DNA of 29,770 bases from Toensbergia leucococca (GCA_022813965.1 JALDZS010000087.1:62001-91770); one strand, 5' to 3'; shown: positions 1-12,113, counted from the stretch's first letter. Numbers and translations: made by a program. Notes: generated by a model not told the origin, from the letters alone.

Positions 1-331
1 GGTCGATATGGGCGTCGTTGAGGAGGCTTTGGGGGGGGGTACGGAGAAGAGCTGTTTGAGCTAATGGGATTTTGGTTTCTGGATTATTTTGCTGAGGTGA
101 GGTCAGGGTCATGATTTTGATACTGTGACTCTCTTGTGAGAATATCAGGCAAAATGCAATCATGATTGATAATAGAGAAAGCATTGAAGGGTTCGCGCAT
201 TTTTATTACTTCAAGAAAAGAGACTGTTAATTGCTGATTTTTCAATCTGGCAGACTAATCTCAAAGCATAAGCACGCAGACACTGTCAACCCTCGATCAA
301 GACCTATTCACAAGATCCGTACTCGCATACC

Positions 332-1072
332 TCATCCCCCAAAGAACCATCCGGGTTTAGCCACCACTTTCTTCTCCATTCCTTTCTCCTTCGCTTCCAT
401 CAAGCTCTTCTCCTTATCGATCCGTTTCTTCTTAGCAGCCATCCATTTATCATGCAACTGTTCTTCTTCCTCGTCCGTTGACAATTCCTTATCTTTCTCT
501 TCGTCCTTCCGGGCTGTCCGTTTCAATCGAGTCCCCATCACAGCTGGCTGTTTACTCCTCTCCTCTAGTTTCTTGCTCTCTGCAGCCAGCTTCCTACTCT
601 TCTCGACCATTTTTTTACTCTCCTTGGCCAGGAATCTATCTCTATCCGAGTCTGAGTCGTCAACCACTTGTATGTTCTTCCGAGCCCTCCGTGCCATCTG
701 TGTATCTTCCTCATCTGTCATTGAATCCTCCTCACCCATCATGCTAGCTTTCTCATTCAACCGCCTATCTTGCTCATCCAATATTCGGTCTTCCCTATTT
801 CCCTGTGTCTCCTTCCGAGCCGTCCGTGCGTCCTTGTGAGCTATCTGTAGATCCAAATGAGCCATACGCAGGTCCTCTTGACCCACGCGTATGTCCTTCT
901 GAGCCAGACGTAGTTCCTTCTGAGCTATCCCTAGATCTTTCACATCCAGGAGTTCATTCCTCGCAACCTTTCATTCATCCCTCGCAGTTGACCGTCCATT
1001 CCTCTCATCCATGCGTTTATCTCTCGCATCCATCAGCCTCCCTCTCTCTCTCTCATTTTCCATGTACAACAT
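332..1072 (-). pseudogene. Highly charged (K/E/R/D) coiled-coil-like orphan gene with an in-frame stop
   Basis: The ORF 332..943 continues upstream in frame (MLYMENERERGRLMDARDKRMDERNGRSTARDE*KVARNELLDVKDLGIAQKEL...) with a single TGA at 971-973; in-frame ATGs at 1072 and 1063. Heptad-like pattern (QKELRLAQKDIRVGQEDLRMAHLDLQIAHKD). Family not recognised. Confidence 0.5.
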
Positions 1073-1665
1073 TGCGCCAAGAATAATCTTTGGAAGTTCA
1101 TAACAGGGATAAGAAAATATGTTTTGAGACGTAGTCGATATGCAGAAAGAGAAGCCGAAGAAGGTTCAGAGATTGGTAAGTAAACTGGAATATAGAAGAA
1201 AAAGCATAGATTTATATGTTAATCCCTTGAGCTATCACTCAACAAATGATTCATATTCGACATACCGCATATACCGTGAACATGACCCAATCGTGACTTT
1301 TCTTGTTGTGGATCTTCCACTACTTAATCAGGATTTACTTCATGTTCTCAGTAACAGGCATGAATAATGAAGAAAATAATGATCGATATGGAGAGAGATT
1401 GGTAGCCCCAGCGATGAGGCAGACTTGTAACTCCAACCACATGGGGAATTGGCTTTCATCAAACTCGATAGCCATGAACCCGAAAAAAACGGCTATAGTC
1501 ACCGCGATTTTTCGAACTTCAGCGGAGCGTCTCGTCAAAACGTCATTAATTTCTGGCAATGTTCATACACTTTTAGTCGTTAATATGTACGTATCCTCAG
1601 CTATATACAATAAGCACTATCGAGCATACCGACACCACCTTTCTCACCTGCACTCCATACCCAAT

Positions 1666-3427
1666 CTACTCACCCTCCTCCGTGCCTACCACACTCACCT
1701 CCTTTCCAAACCAACCGGCCTCCTTCGCTACCCATGCTAACCCCCCCAGCAATGCACTGAATCCCGTAAAGATGATCATTCCTCCGAATGGAGTGGCGTA
1801 CGCACCAATAGAGCCCATGGAGGCGTACATCAAACCCTCACTCACAGGTCCGGAGGCAACACTGCCGATACCGCGTCCAGTGCAGAAAAGTCCGATCATG
1901 AAACCCATATCGACAGCCCCACTGTTCGGTTCTCCTCTCAGCACATGAATGACTCCCGCCCATGTGATCGAATATCCTCCGGCGAAGAAGCCGTAGAACA
2001 TGCCAAACAGACATAGTCCCACAAGGCTGGCACTAGAAGCAAAGCCCCAGAGTAAAAAGACGGAGATGGAGCTACCGAGGGTGGAGATGAGGATTACAGT
2101 CGTGACGTCGAAGTGATCGACTAGCATGCCGGCTGCCACAGCGCCCAAGACGCTGGTCGTACTGAGTAAGCTGACGGTCATGGTCTGCTCGGCCTGAGAG
2201 ACTCCTAGGACGATGCGGGCAAACTCAGGGAGGTAAATAGTTGGGATGAAGTAGCCTAAGCTTTCGAGAATATTGCCTGTCTGTAGAATCCAGAAAGTAC
2301 GACTGCGGAGGAAGGAGAAGTCAAAGGTGCGGCGCGTATCTGTGTGGGGAAGACGGGGTTTGACGAAGTAGAGAAGGGGGCCGGCGAGGACAATGAGAGT
2401 GAGAGCCCAGGCCAGGAGCATGGTGCGTTGCGAGTAGCGGTGGAGGCCCCATGCCATTACAAAGGGAATGATTACGCCGGAGACTCCGCTGCCGGCCTTT
2501 TATCCAGTTAGATTTCTTTGCTTTTAGAAAAAACGATGTGCATGGAATGCTTACCATATTGACGCCAAAGGCAAAACCCTTTCGCTTAACGAACCACTCG
2601 TCGATGAAGATGTTGTTGGGGACATACATCAACCCGCCGCCGATTGCGTAGAGTATACCTTGGGTCAGGATGAGATGAGAGACATGTTTCGCATACGACG
2701 ATGCTACGAGGGCCAGAACAATGATCACCAATCCAAGCGGTGCGCTCCATCGGCGAAATTTAGGCCATCGTTTGCAAATTAAGTTGATGAACGGAGCTTC
2801 GAAATACATGATACCCTGTTCAACACGTTGTCAAAAAAAATTTTTACATGAGTAATTTGTTTCATCTACCCACTGTTGCACATGTACCGATTGCTGGGAT
2901 ACCAGACTCTGTCGAGAATGGTGGGCGTATAGTATAGTAATCTTGAAAGACACCATAGGAAAATGGGAAACCTAAGAAACTCCGTAAGTAAACGTGGATC
3001 TCTGTTTATTATCGGATGAGGTCTAAAGAGACAGCAAGGCACAGAATCTAATTTGTAAAGTCTGATTGCACAAAAGCAATATAAAAATATACATACCCCA
3101 AACCAGAGCCTCGACCATGAAACAGCCAGCCAAAAATAGCCAGCAATGTAAACCGCCGTCAACTCGAGGGAGGCCGTCACCTTCTAGCTTCTCAAGATCG
3201 CTGCTTTGTCGAGCAACACTTGAGTGACCATTCGAGGAAGCTTCGTCCTCTGGAACATTCATAGCCTCCGTTGTGTTTGGTCGAGAGCTAGACTTAATGT
3301 CGCCATCATGAGGCAGAAGATCTGTCGCTTTTTCGAGTGGAATCACATCCTTGGATGATATGGATGGAGTTTCATTCTTGGGTAGCACGCAATCATCCGT
3401 AGACTCGACAACTTGGTGGACTGTCAT
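1666..3427 (-). CDS. MFS monocarboxylate transporter-like permease (MCH/MCT family), ~506 aa, 4 exons
   Basis: Exons 3427-3097, 2971-2874, 2815-2555 and 2496-1666, joined by GT..AG introns (donors gtatgt, gtgggt, gtaagc), give one open frame of 1521 nt. Motifs DGGLHCWLFLAGCF..EALVWGFPFSYGVFQDYY, LILTQGILYAIGG, DEWFVKRKGFAFG and GYFIPTIYLP are typical of fungal MCT-like MFS proteins; many hydrophobic helices. Confidence 0.92.
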
Positions 3428-5191
3428 ATCAATAATTTGAGGGAATGCGTTACAGCTGTCAATCAAGAGTACTAACAAGAAATTGTCTATTCAAGAGGAA
3501 AAGCATTGGGGAAAGTCATGGTCCTATCATATTTGAACAAAAAGAAGGAAGTCGCACGACTGGAACCATGAGGTCTGATCACATTATTTGGAGGTGAAAA
3601 TGTCGAGGCACCGAAAAAGGTTGCCTTTGAGCTTGCAGTGTAGGGATGACATGGTGCACGAGCGACATGGTTTGCCCCGGAGAATTGCTCGATGCTTCGT
3701 TGAAAGCCTGACGATCTCAAGTTGCTAGCGATTGGGACCGGATTGTGGGTCACTTTCCGTAGTAGCACCCTGCGGCGCTGCAACGGATGTAGACGCTGGA
3801 CTTCCTAGATTGTCGGAAGTTCGTTTAAGTCTGTTCATCGGAGGACCAAAGCACTCATGCATGACCAATTCGATGCCAGATAAGCTCATCCCCAGGATAT
3901 TTCATAGTGATATGAGATGAGAAATGAGCGTAGTAATCGTCGGCTATACTGACTGCCAAGGTTCGAGTCAACTTGTCAAAAGAGATATGAGCAGGAAATC
4001 GAAGAGAAGATGAGCGCTATACACATTGAGGTATTATAGATGAAGCAAGTGTGAAAATGGTTCAGGCCATAAGATAGGAGCTATCAACTGGCCCATTTAG
4101 AGAGAAGCGTAGAAAACATAAGGCGATAGGGTTTCGGAGGTGTCATCAGAGTTTAAAATAGTGTTTGACGTAGTTTCAATCGAGGAGAGATGACAGAAAA
4201 CGTCTCAACGCGATTGCCTTTTCTCAGGTCGTGGAAGAGAATGTGCACGGATCTTGGGTTCCTCGATCATGGCTTGATAGCCGTTGGATTGGGAAGACAA
4301 GGAGGAGAGTTATGTGCATTAGTCGCACTGCGTCCCCAGAAAATTGCTTGGAGCGCAAAAAGACGACTTTGTGGAGCCGCAGGAGACCAAGGTAACGATA
4401 TGCGATTGTAGGATTGTAGGATGCCAATTCCATTGTGCTTTGGTTACAAAGTGCCCGCGATGTTGCAGCACTCAGATGTACAAGGAGGCAAGGAATTAAT
4501 CCGGAATGTGTACTTGAACCTGAGGTGGAGGTAGAATCGAGGAATATGAGTAGGTAGAGGTACGAGTAGAGTACCGACATGAAGTCACTCTTTAGTCTGA
4601 TAGGGCTGAATTAAATCAAGGGATGTGGCTTGCCTACCATCTCCATCTCCATATCCAGGCCTATCTGATCTCATGTTTTGCCCAAGGCCTTTTAGCCTTG
4701 ATCTCAGCGTCAAGTGCTAACATGAATGAAAAACTTTGAGTTCCAATCAACATGCACTGCTTGTAAATTAAGGCATCTCTCACATCCAACGCTTACACTA
4801 TCCATATGTGGGTTATGCCCAGCACGGTCTCCACCACTTTGAGCCCACATATCCGCGAACAACTATCATATTAGGCAATCATCGACATCCTCTTGCAGAC
4901 GGAGCGCCTGCAAATCTCTAGACCAACAGGCCTTTACATTGAACAACTGCATATTGATCAGGGAGACAGCGTAACCTAAGATGCTTGTCAATCGAATCAT
5001 GCAGACTGAGATCATCAAGAGAAGAGGAGAAACCTATCCACTTGCTGCCTATCCCGGGGAAACGGATAGTTGGTGATTTATGGTTTCGTGATATTCATCT
5101 TGGTAGCACTCTGACAGCTGTCTGTTTAGTTCGAATCGCACCGCTGCCAGGACTATGCTTGAAAGACGAGCGTATTTCATAATCCCAATTT

Positions 5192-6703
5192 TCACCATGC
5201 AGTGATGTCTTCAACTTCAGCCTCTCCAAATGTACTATTCTTTGTGACCTTACCAACCCCACCTTCTTCACCCACCTTGATGTCCTCAGCTTCTACCGCT
5301 ATGCCCTCCATGATATCTGGAAGTACCTCTTTGAAGAACTCCAGAATATGTCTATTAACCTGTTCAAATTGTAATAGGAACGCGTCATGCCCTTCTGGGC
5401 TGTCAATTTTCCGCAGCCTGGAGTTTGGAATACCTGCTGCAATCTCTTGCTGTTCAGCAAATGTGAAAAGTCCATCACTCTCAATCCCGAGAACCAAAGC
5501 TGGCTGCCGTATCTGCGAAAGAGCTTCGCCCACTGGGTCCTGACTGTCTTCCGGCACACGATAGCGTGAGACGTCATGAGTATCGAGCTTCCTAGTGATA
5601 GCTATATAGCAATTGCTGTCAAACCGCTTTACAAACTTTTCTCCTTGATATCTTAGATAGGATTGGGCAGAGAAATGTGAAGATGCAGGCTTGCGTTCTG
5701 TCGACGTAGTCGATCGCGGAGAATCGGGAAACGTTGTAGCTCCATGGAACTGAGGATCAGTAAAATGGGAATTGTTGCTGTTGACATCAGTCTCTGGTGT
5801 CTCGTTTGGAGGTGTTGATAAAGACCATGTATTAGTGATACTGCTTGAAGGTCGAGAAAATTGTGCAGTCTTGTGCCCGTCATTATGCAAGGCCCAGTGC
5901 TCGTTGGAGGGCAGCAACGAAGCGCTCTGACGATTAATAGTCTGTCTTCGAGATGGATCAGGTGTATTCCTGCCAAACCTAGACTCAAAGGAATCCCGAC
6001 TTCTATAGGTTAAAAGAGCAGACATGCGTGCTGCTCCTAAGCCAGCAGAGGGAGGGTCTTCAAAGGGGTAATACCCATCCTGATACTTGGGATCACAGTA
6101 GATACTCTGTCGTTGTGCTTCGCCCCAGCTAATGCCCCACGCACTGTGGCGACTTGAGGTTGCAATAGGTACCACCGTACGAACGTAGTCACCTCCATAA
6201 TATGCGTATTCAAGGGCCAACATTCCTCCCATAGATCCTCCGATTACTGCGGCTATTTGGCGAATCCCAAGGTCATCCAAGACAAGTTTGTGTATGTTGA
6301 CGTCGTCTCTGATAGTGGTCAAAGGGAATTCTGGCCCATATTGTCCTTGGTTGGGATCGCCATGCTTGCTGGTGACGGGACTCGCACTGCCATACGGACT
6401 CCCCAAACTGTTCAAGCAAACGATGAAGAATCTCGTCACATCAAAAGCTCGTCCTGCGCCTCCCACGAGCGGTCCCCACCAGTCGCTGACGTCTGCACTG
6501 CCACTCAGAGCATGACATATGACCATGGCATTATTGCGATTGGGCGAAAGCTGTCCCCGTGTACTATATGCGATGGGCACATTGTTCAGCTCGACACCCG
6601 ATTCAAGGGTGAAAGCGGGTACGACAGCGATGTGTTGGTCTGGGATGAGCGAAGCGAATGGGTTCTCGGGTTGTTTGGAGACCCTCTCTACGGGATTTAG
6701 CAT
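5192..6703 (-). CDS. MET2: Homoserine O-acetyltransferase (alpha/beta hydrolase fold)
   Basis: Motifs FTLESG, ICHALSGSADVSDWWG, CLNSLGSPYGS, nucleophile GGSMGG, YLRYQGEKFVKRFDSNCY, catalytic Asp (GIESDGLF) and His (EGHDAFLL). The start is uncertain: ATG 6703 (503 aa), or an upstream exon starting at 6989. Confidence 0.95.
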   Translation of the reverse strand: MLNPVERVSKQPENPFASLIPDQHIAVVPAFTLESGVELNNVPIAYSTRGQLSPNRNNAMVICHALSGSADVSDWWGPLVGGAGRAFDVTRFFIVCLNSLGSPYGSASPVTSKHGDPNQGQYGPEFPLTTIRDDVNIHKLVLDDLGIRQIAAVIGGSMGGMLALEYAYYGGDYVRTVVPIATSSRHSAWGISWGEAQRQSIYCDPKYQDGYYPFEDPPSAGLGAARMSALLTYRSRDSFESRFGRNTPDPSRRQTINRQSASLLPSNEHWALHNDGHKTAQFSRPSSSITNTWSLSTPPNETPETDVNSNNSHFTDPQFHGATTFPDSPRSTTSTERKPASSHFSAQSYLRYQGEKFVKRFDSNCYIAITRKLDTHDVSRYRVPEDSQDPVGEALSQIRQPALVLGIESDGLFTFAEQQEIAAGIPNSRLRKIDSPEGHDAFLLQFEQVNRHILEFFKEVLPDIMEGIAVEAEDIKVGEEGGVGKVTKNSTFGEAEVEDITAW

Positions 6704-7793
6704 GTGCAGGCTCCAAAAGGTCTGGGAAGATGGAGGGATACAGACGGAATTGTGGTGCCATTGATGCCCTATTCGGCCCAGCTTGTCCCAGAATGGGTTT
6801 GGTGTATTTGTGAAGACTTCAGACCGTCGAACAGGTGAAGTAAAAATCTGGTGACGGTGGAAGCAAAAGAATTGGAAGTTTTGCAAGCCGCCAGTGCCGC
6901 AAAAACACGTGAGCTCTCTCCGACGACCACGAACCTCAACCAACATCAATCCAACCACTCATCACTGGACGTTGTGCACTGGCAGTCATGAGAAGCTATC
7001 TCATCACTACTGATATGTACATCTTCAAGATATTGGGGCGTACGGCGCTTTAGATCCAAGTATCGACAGATTGAAGCCCTTTGGTATTCTCTATCAACAT
7101 CCAATTATGGATGTGTGTGAACTTCAAGGCATTCTCGATTGTTCAGTACAGAAAAAGCGAACCTTTACTTCGCAGAATCTTCAAAACGCTTGCTAAGATC
7201 TGGTTCCCCACAAGCATTGGAAACAGATCAGATCATGAAAGTGATTGCTGCTGCAGAGATCCGATTGAAGCTTTGATTTTCACCACCCTGCTCTTGTTTG
7301 TGTGGAACCTCAAAAAGCATCAGCAGTACTCTACGGCTCCTCCATATCTCCGGCATCATGTCTTCAAATTACTGTGACTGCAGGGCTTACCTACGGCCGC
7401 TTAATTTTCTACTTACCGGCCAAAATGATGCCTTCCTTTGAACCGCGACGACATATTACAAGGTTGAATCCTCAAGAGCATCCGTTACTACGAGATCACT
7501 CGGTGCCAGCCATTGTTCTGCAAACACCCGGAGACTAGACCTCCCGGCCTCACCGCTCGTCGTTGGCCGTTGAGTTTGCTAGTTGGTCATTGTTGTATTA
7601 TGTCACTATCATACATTTCCAGAGCTTCCCTACAGTATTAGAATCATTTCAAATAGTAGCTCACATCTCAGAAATTGTATTTTCTCTGCAATTCGCGTAG
7701 CTATTATTCATCTGTTCATTACTGTTGCCTGTACTATTTCCTATCCAATCTTGTCACATATTATTTCCTCTGGTAACCTCTCGACCACTTGGG

Positions 7794-8549
7794 ATGAATA
7801 CAGAGCGCAGACCTGCTCTTGTTCCGGGCTCTGATCTACTGTCTTCTGGGAAGGCACAGCAATTCATTCAACACTTTGTCCCACCATCCGTTGTGTCTCC
7901 ACTAGACTCACAGAAGAATCAATCTGATTTAAGGACCACAGCTGATCGAGGGAGCCTGGAGAGACAGCCTTCCGGAGAACGTCGCAAGGAAGCTCTACGG
8001 TCCTCAACAAAGAACAAAACGCTCCAGTGCCAAGATGGCTATGGTATTCTTTCCGGTGGCTCCAGTCATTCTATATACCGATCGCGCAAAGGTACTTTTC
8101 AAGTACCCAGCCGAGAACGGCAAAGGAAGTTGAGCACATGGAATTGCTTAGCCCATCATGCAAATCCGTCTCATGTTCAGATCGACAACAAAAGAAAACA
8201 TGCAATGTATTCTCAGGACGACCAGCGGCAGTACTCGGTGGAAATGTCGGAGAACATTCCTCACATGAGCGAGATTGACTCGGAACCCCCATTTAGGGAA
8301 ATCTTCGGCGACAGAGGCGTCTGCAGCGTTTTTGGTGATGTAAGTTTTTCATCGTACTTGCGCACTAGGTTTGATACTAAAGAGCAATGGTGTAGAATAG
8401 GAGTGGCGGACTCGACATTCCTCGGTCGACTGACACTTGCCACTCTGCATCACCTCTCTGCGCCATTTCGCCGAGAGATACTTCGTCAGTTGGACGTCCT
8501 GTTTTCTGGAGTCACTAGGTCGGCCCGATTACCGGGAGTTACAACTTGA
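7794..8549 (+). CDS. Hypothetical S/R-rich protein, possibly spliced or decayed
   Basis: Open frame of ~250 codons from ATG 7794, divergent from MET2. An intron-like signal gtaagt(8340)..tactaa..tgtag(8395) lies inside it. No recognisable domain and the 3' structure is unresolved. Confidence 0.35.
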   Translation: MNTERRPALVPGSDLLSSGKAQQFIQHFVPPSVVSPLDSQKNQSDLRTTADRGSLERQPSGERRKEALRSSTKNKTLQCQDGYGILSGGSSHSIYRSRKGTFQVPSRERQRKLSTWNCLAHHANPSHVQIDNKRKHAMYSQDDQRQYSVEMSENIPHMSEIDSEPPFREIFGDRGVCSVFGDVSFSSYLRTRFDTKEQWCRIGVADSTFLGRLTLATLHHLSAPFRREILRQLDVLFSGVTRSARLPGVTT

Positions 8550-8744
8550 ATTGAATGGGATCTTGCATTGTGCCGACCTTCCAAAGTATTCCCATGCATC
8601 AACAATCTTTCATTGCACCAGAAAACCTCGATAAAACGATTCGGTTTTCAGAGACCATCTGACTTTCATACTCGTTCCATTGTCGCTCTTATTCATCAGT
8701 TCAAGCACTGATCATCGTTACCAATCACCAAATCATCACACGGC

Positions 8745-9720
8745 CCAACACCACCACCCCAATCAAGAAGAACCCCCGGCACCGCCATCCACCCCCCTAA
8801 TAAATACACCCCCTACCACCCTCCCCCTCTCACTCTCCATCCCACAACGTCCCCACTCCCCTCCAACCCACCCCCCTCCACCCCCTAACCTCGGCCCAAA
8901 ACCCCAAACAACTCCCCCTCCTCAGCCCCACCACCCGAAACCCCCCTCCTCCCTCCCCTATCCCACCCACCAAACCCCCCAAATCACCCCCCAACCTCCC
9001 CCCTCCCCCCTCATCCCGCCCACATCCTCAAACAGAAACTCACATCGCAAGAGATACAGAACCAAAAAGATCCAATCCTCGACCAAGTTCCACAAAACAC
9101 CTCAAGAGCTGCGGGACGTGGGAACGGGGGTCTTGTTTTCGAGGCTAAAAGCGTTGGGGAAGGGGGGCAGGGTCTGTTGAATGGGGGGAGAGAGCGAGAG
9201 AGGCGATTAAGAGTCAAAGAGGCCAACGAAACACCTACCTCTGCTCTGCCCAGCACACCCTCCCCACACACCGCACCATCAACCACCCCCCAAAAATCCC
9301 TTCTTTCAGCCCCAAACCACCACACAACCCCGGCCGCAAAGACCCCCCTTTTTCGGGGCCGCCATCACAAGCGCTCATGATTTTCTAATAATCTTCCAAA
9401 GACGGAGTCCTTCTTCCTTTTCTTTCCTCCTTCTCCTCCCCTTTTCCAATTTTCTTTTATATATATATACATATAATTTTTTATAGCTTTCTAATTAGGA
9501 CAGCAGCGGCGGCACATATATCCCCCCCCCTCTCCCCTCTCCCCAAACAAAACTCCCTTCCCTTCCCATCCCTCCCTTCCCTCCCTTCCATCCCCACACA
9601 ACACTCAAATCAAAAAAGACCCCCCTACAGGCCGTATCCCCGTCCCCCCCCCTCCCTCCCCCAGGTTGCTCTCCCATTCCCGCAATAATATCCCCCCCAC
9701 TCAACTCCCATACTTTCCCA
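8745..9720. repeat. C-rich low-complexity tracts (G-run rich on the minus strand)
   Basis: Dense C3-C9 runs at ~8745-9020, 9230-9350 and 9520-9720, interrupted by a CT/AT-rich tract near 9410-9490. Confidence 0.7.
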
Positions 9721-9830
9721 ACCCTTGTCTCCACATCTCTTAACGGGAACAAGGACGTTAAGGAAAGGAAGGGGCGTACCCATCCGTTCCTTCTAAATAG
9801 GTATCGCCTAAAACCTGCCCTCGGCTGGAC
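9495..9830 (-). pseudogene. Possible degenerate WSC (carbohydrate-binding) domain relic
   Basis: The minus strand at 9738-9673 reads RCGDKGWESMGVEWGGYYCGNG, resembling the WSC core C-x-x-x-G-(Y/W)-x-x-x-G-V-E-(Y/W)-G-x-E-C-(Y/W)-C-G-N. It is followed in another frame by DGDTACRG. Stops and frameshifts are present. Confidence 0.3.
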
Positions 9831-10144
9831 AGCGAGGGTCTGTGGGACTTTCTTTTGGCATTGTTTTAAGTTCTGGGTGTGTGTATTGGGGAGGAAGCTG
9901 AAATGCCAAATTGCGTGAATTCACGACAATCATGTTGTAAAAATATTTGCATTGGGCTTTTTTTAGGCCCCCGGGGTGGGGGGGGGATGCTGAGGCGTGG
10001 ACTTTGAATTTGCGGTGGGTTTGTTTGTAGGAGGACAAGAGTAATACTGATTCTCAAAAGCCACACCCCCGTATCCCTGGTTCGGAATCCCTCAAGAAGC
10101 CAAATATACGCCTTCGCTAATGCATCACCTCTTCCTCCCCTCCC

Positions 10145-11437
10145 CTAAATTAACGCCGGATCCACCGTCCCGCCACCAAAAAACTCCTCCCCCATCACTC
10201 CCGCAACACCCATCTTCCTCCCAGCGGCTACGCGCCCCATCTCCACAACGGCAAACTTCTGCCCCATTTCCCGCGCGTCTTTGACGCTTCGGCTGAGCGA
10301 TCCGAGGAGAGCGACGAGGGAGACGTCGTTTTTTTCGGAGAGGGCTTCGTGCGTGAAGGCTTGGGTGTTGGGCGGGGTGAGGAGGGGAAGACGGGAGAGA
10401 AGAGCTTGGATGGAGCGGAGGAGGGGGTGGTGCTGTGGGGGGAGGGAAGGCAGGTCTGGGGTGGGCGTGGTGAGGGGTGAGGGGGGAAGGGTGGAGAGGT
10501 AGGTTCGTAGGAGTTGGATGCGGGAATGTAGCATTTTTACTGCGTTTGCGCGAGCGGTTAGGGAGGCAATAACTTTTGTTATTGTTAGTGGAGTTTTCTG
10601 GAGGATGTAGAAAGGAATTCAAGACATACGCTCTTCGTCTTCGGGTGACAGTATTGACGCATCATCTACACCCTTGGCATCTATCTCCGCCTTCGCTTCC
10701 TTTGTCTGAGCTTCTCCGACTGGGGTTTGCGAAGCTTGACCTCTGGCGCCTTTCTCCGCAGGTCCATCCGCAGCGGTGGCGTTTCCGCCTCCTCTCGCCA
10801 CGAAATCGACACTAATCATTTCGGCCTCGCCGGTTTCCACCGTGTAGGGTAACTCCCTAAACCGCAAGTCCAGAAACGAGTCCGGCCCGTCAACTTCCAT
10901 TGCTCTGTCCCCATCTCCGCCGGTTTGCCCTGCGGCTTTCTCGCTCTCGTACACGCTTTCGTAGATTGTCAACGGTAGTTTTCCCCCGACTGTGGCGCCT
11001 TCGAGTACGGTGGAAGGATGAAATGCAAGCAAAACGGCTGTCTCGTTGTAGGTGTGCAGGATCTGCTGATGTATGGGTATATGCTCTAGCTGCGGGCCCT
11101 CGGTCGGAGCAGTAGTGAACCACCCCACCAGCTCCAAAGCCGGGGCTTTATGAACATCCTTGTGCTGCTGCAACCGGTCCTTGAACCATGTTTCATGCAA
11201 GATCACGCCGTTGTTACCCTGAACAACCTCGCACTCGAAGGCGTGCTCAAGACTGATGTCCCGGCCATTCTGTTGTCCGAGGAGTGCGCCGACGATAGGT
11301 CCTTGATTGCGTCGTAGGGTGTGCCGGGTTATGTAGTCGGAGATTGTGAGGAGGACAAGGGGATGGAGATGGATTTGAAGGCCGGAATCTGAGGCTTTGT
11401 GGGCTGAGAGTAGAGAGGTGGATGGGTTGCTGGCCAT
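10145..11437 (-). CDS. CSN6: COP9 signalosome complex subunit 6 (inactive MPN domain), ~411 aa, 2 exons
   Basis: MPN motifs [42 protein letters not shown] and [25 protein letters not shown]. The intron 10573-10629 (gtatgt..ctaac..aag) restores [23 protein letters not shown], followed by [12 protein letters not shown]. Confidence 0.93.
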
Positions 11438-12113
11438 TGTGAGTAGAGAGAGGACGATTATTTACTGACGGGCTCAATATGACTTTGAAGGAGCATGGGA
11501 AGTCTAACAATCAATTTGCCCGCATTTGTGAATAGTTCCAGTATCTAGAAAGGATAACAATCATTAATGTGATTTATTTCAAGCGTCATGAACATGATAG
11601 TGGAGTGTATCCGTAATTGTGCAAGAATAAGTCACTGAAGCTTTGCCCATTAAATCCGGTGGAAACCTTTGCCGCTCCCGCAGCTCTACTCGGGCACTTA
11701 GGCCTAAGGATAGCCATGGCCTTTTAATCTCTAATTGAGGAATTCTACCTTGTTCACCTCCACCTTCACATTCTTCTCACCTTCAGCCCCTTAAAGCCAT
11801 AAAGCGCAAGGCACCTAGAAGTTACTCTTTCAGAAAATGCAGATTTTGTTTCAAGTCATCTTAGTATTCTGTGACTCTTTTGCTAAAAATAATTGTCTCA
11901 ATATAAGAGTAATTGATGGTTTGATGAACAAACCTAACTCCGCAATACCTATACATAGCTAATGTTGCGTTCAAGACTCCCTCTTCAAGAGACATCAGAT
12001 CCTCCTTCTCACATCCGCCTCTATCTCTCTGTATCAACGCGCTACTCTTCTTGTTCTCACATTTCACCAGCCCCTTTGTGGTTCGGAAATTTGCTCCCAC
12101 AAGCTAGACACAT

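Noticed and set aside
1..64. Possible 3' end of a plus-strand gene (..VDMGVVEEALGGGTEKSCLS*)
   Set aside because: Too short to support without the upstream sequence.
231..839. 202-aa S/F/L-rich plus-strand ORF
   Set aside because: Antisense shadow of the purine-rich charged minus-strand ORF.
4224..4580. 118-aa minus-strand ORF
   Set aside because: No motif, no convincing splice partners, and intergenic composition.
6704..6958. 85-aa N-terminal extension of MET2 in the ORF track
   Set aside because: It begins at a GTG and does not resemble Met2; more likely leader or intron sequence.
8680..9380. Pro-rich ORFs 8680..9180 and 9177..9380
   Set aside because: Their composition follows from the C-runs; no start or splice model links them convincingly, although a frameshifted 3' part of the 7794 gene cannot be excluded.
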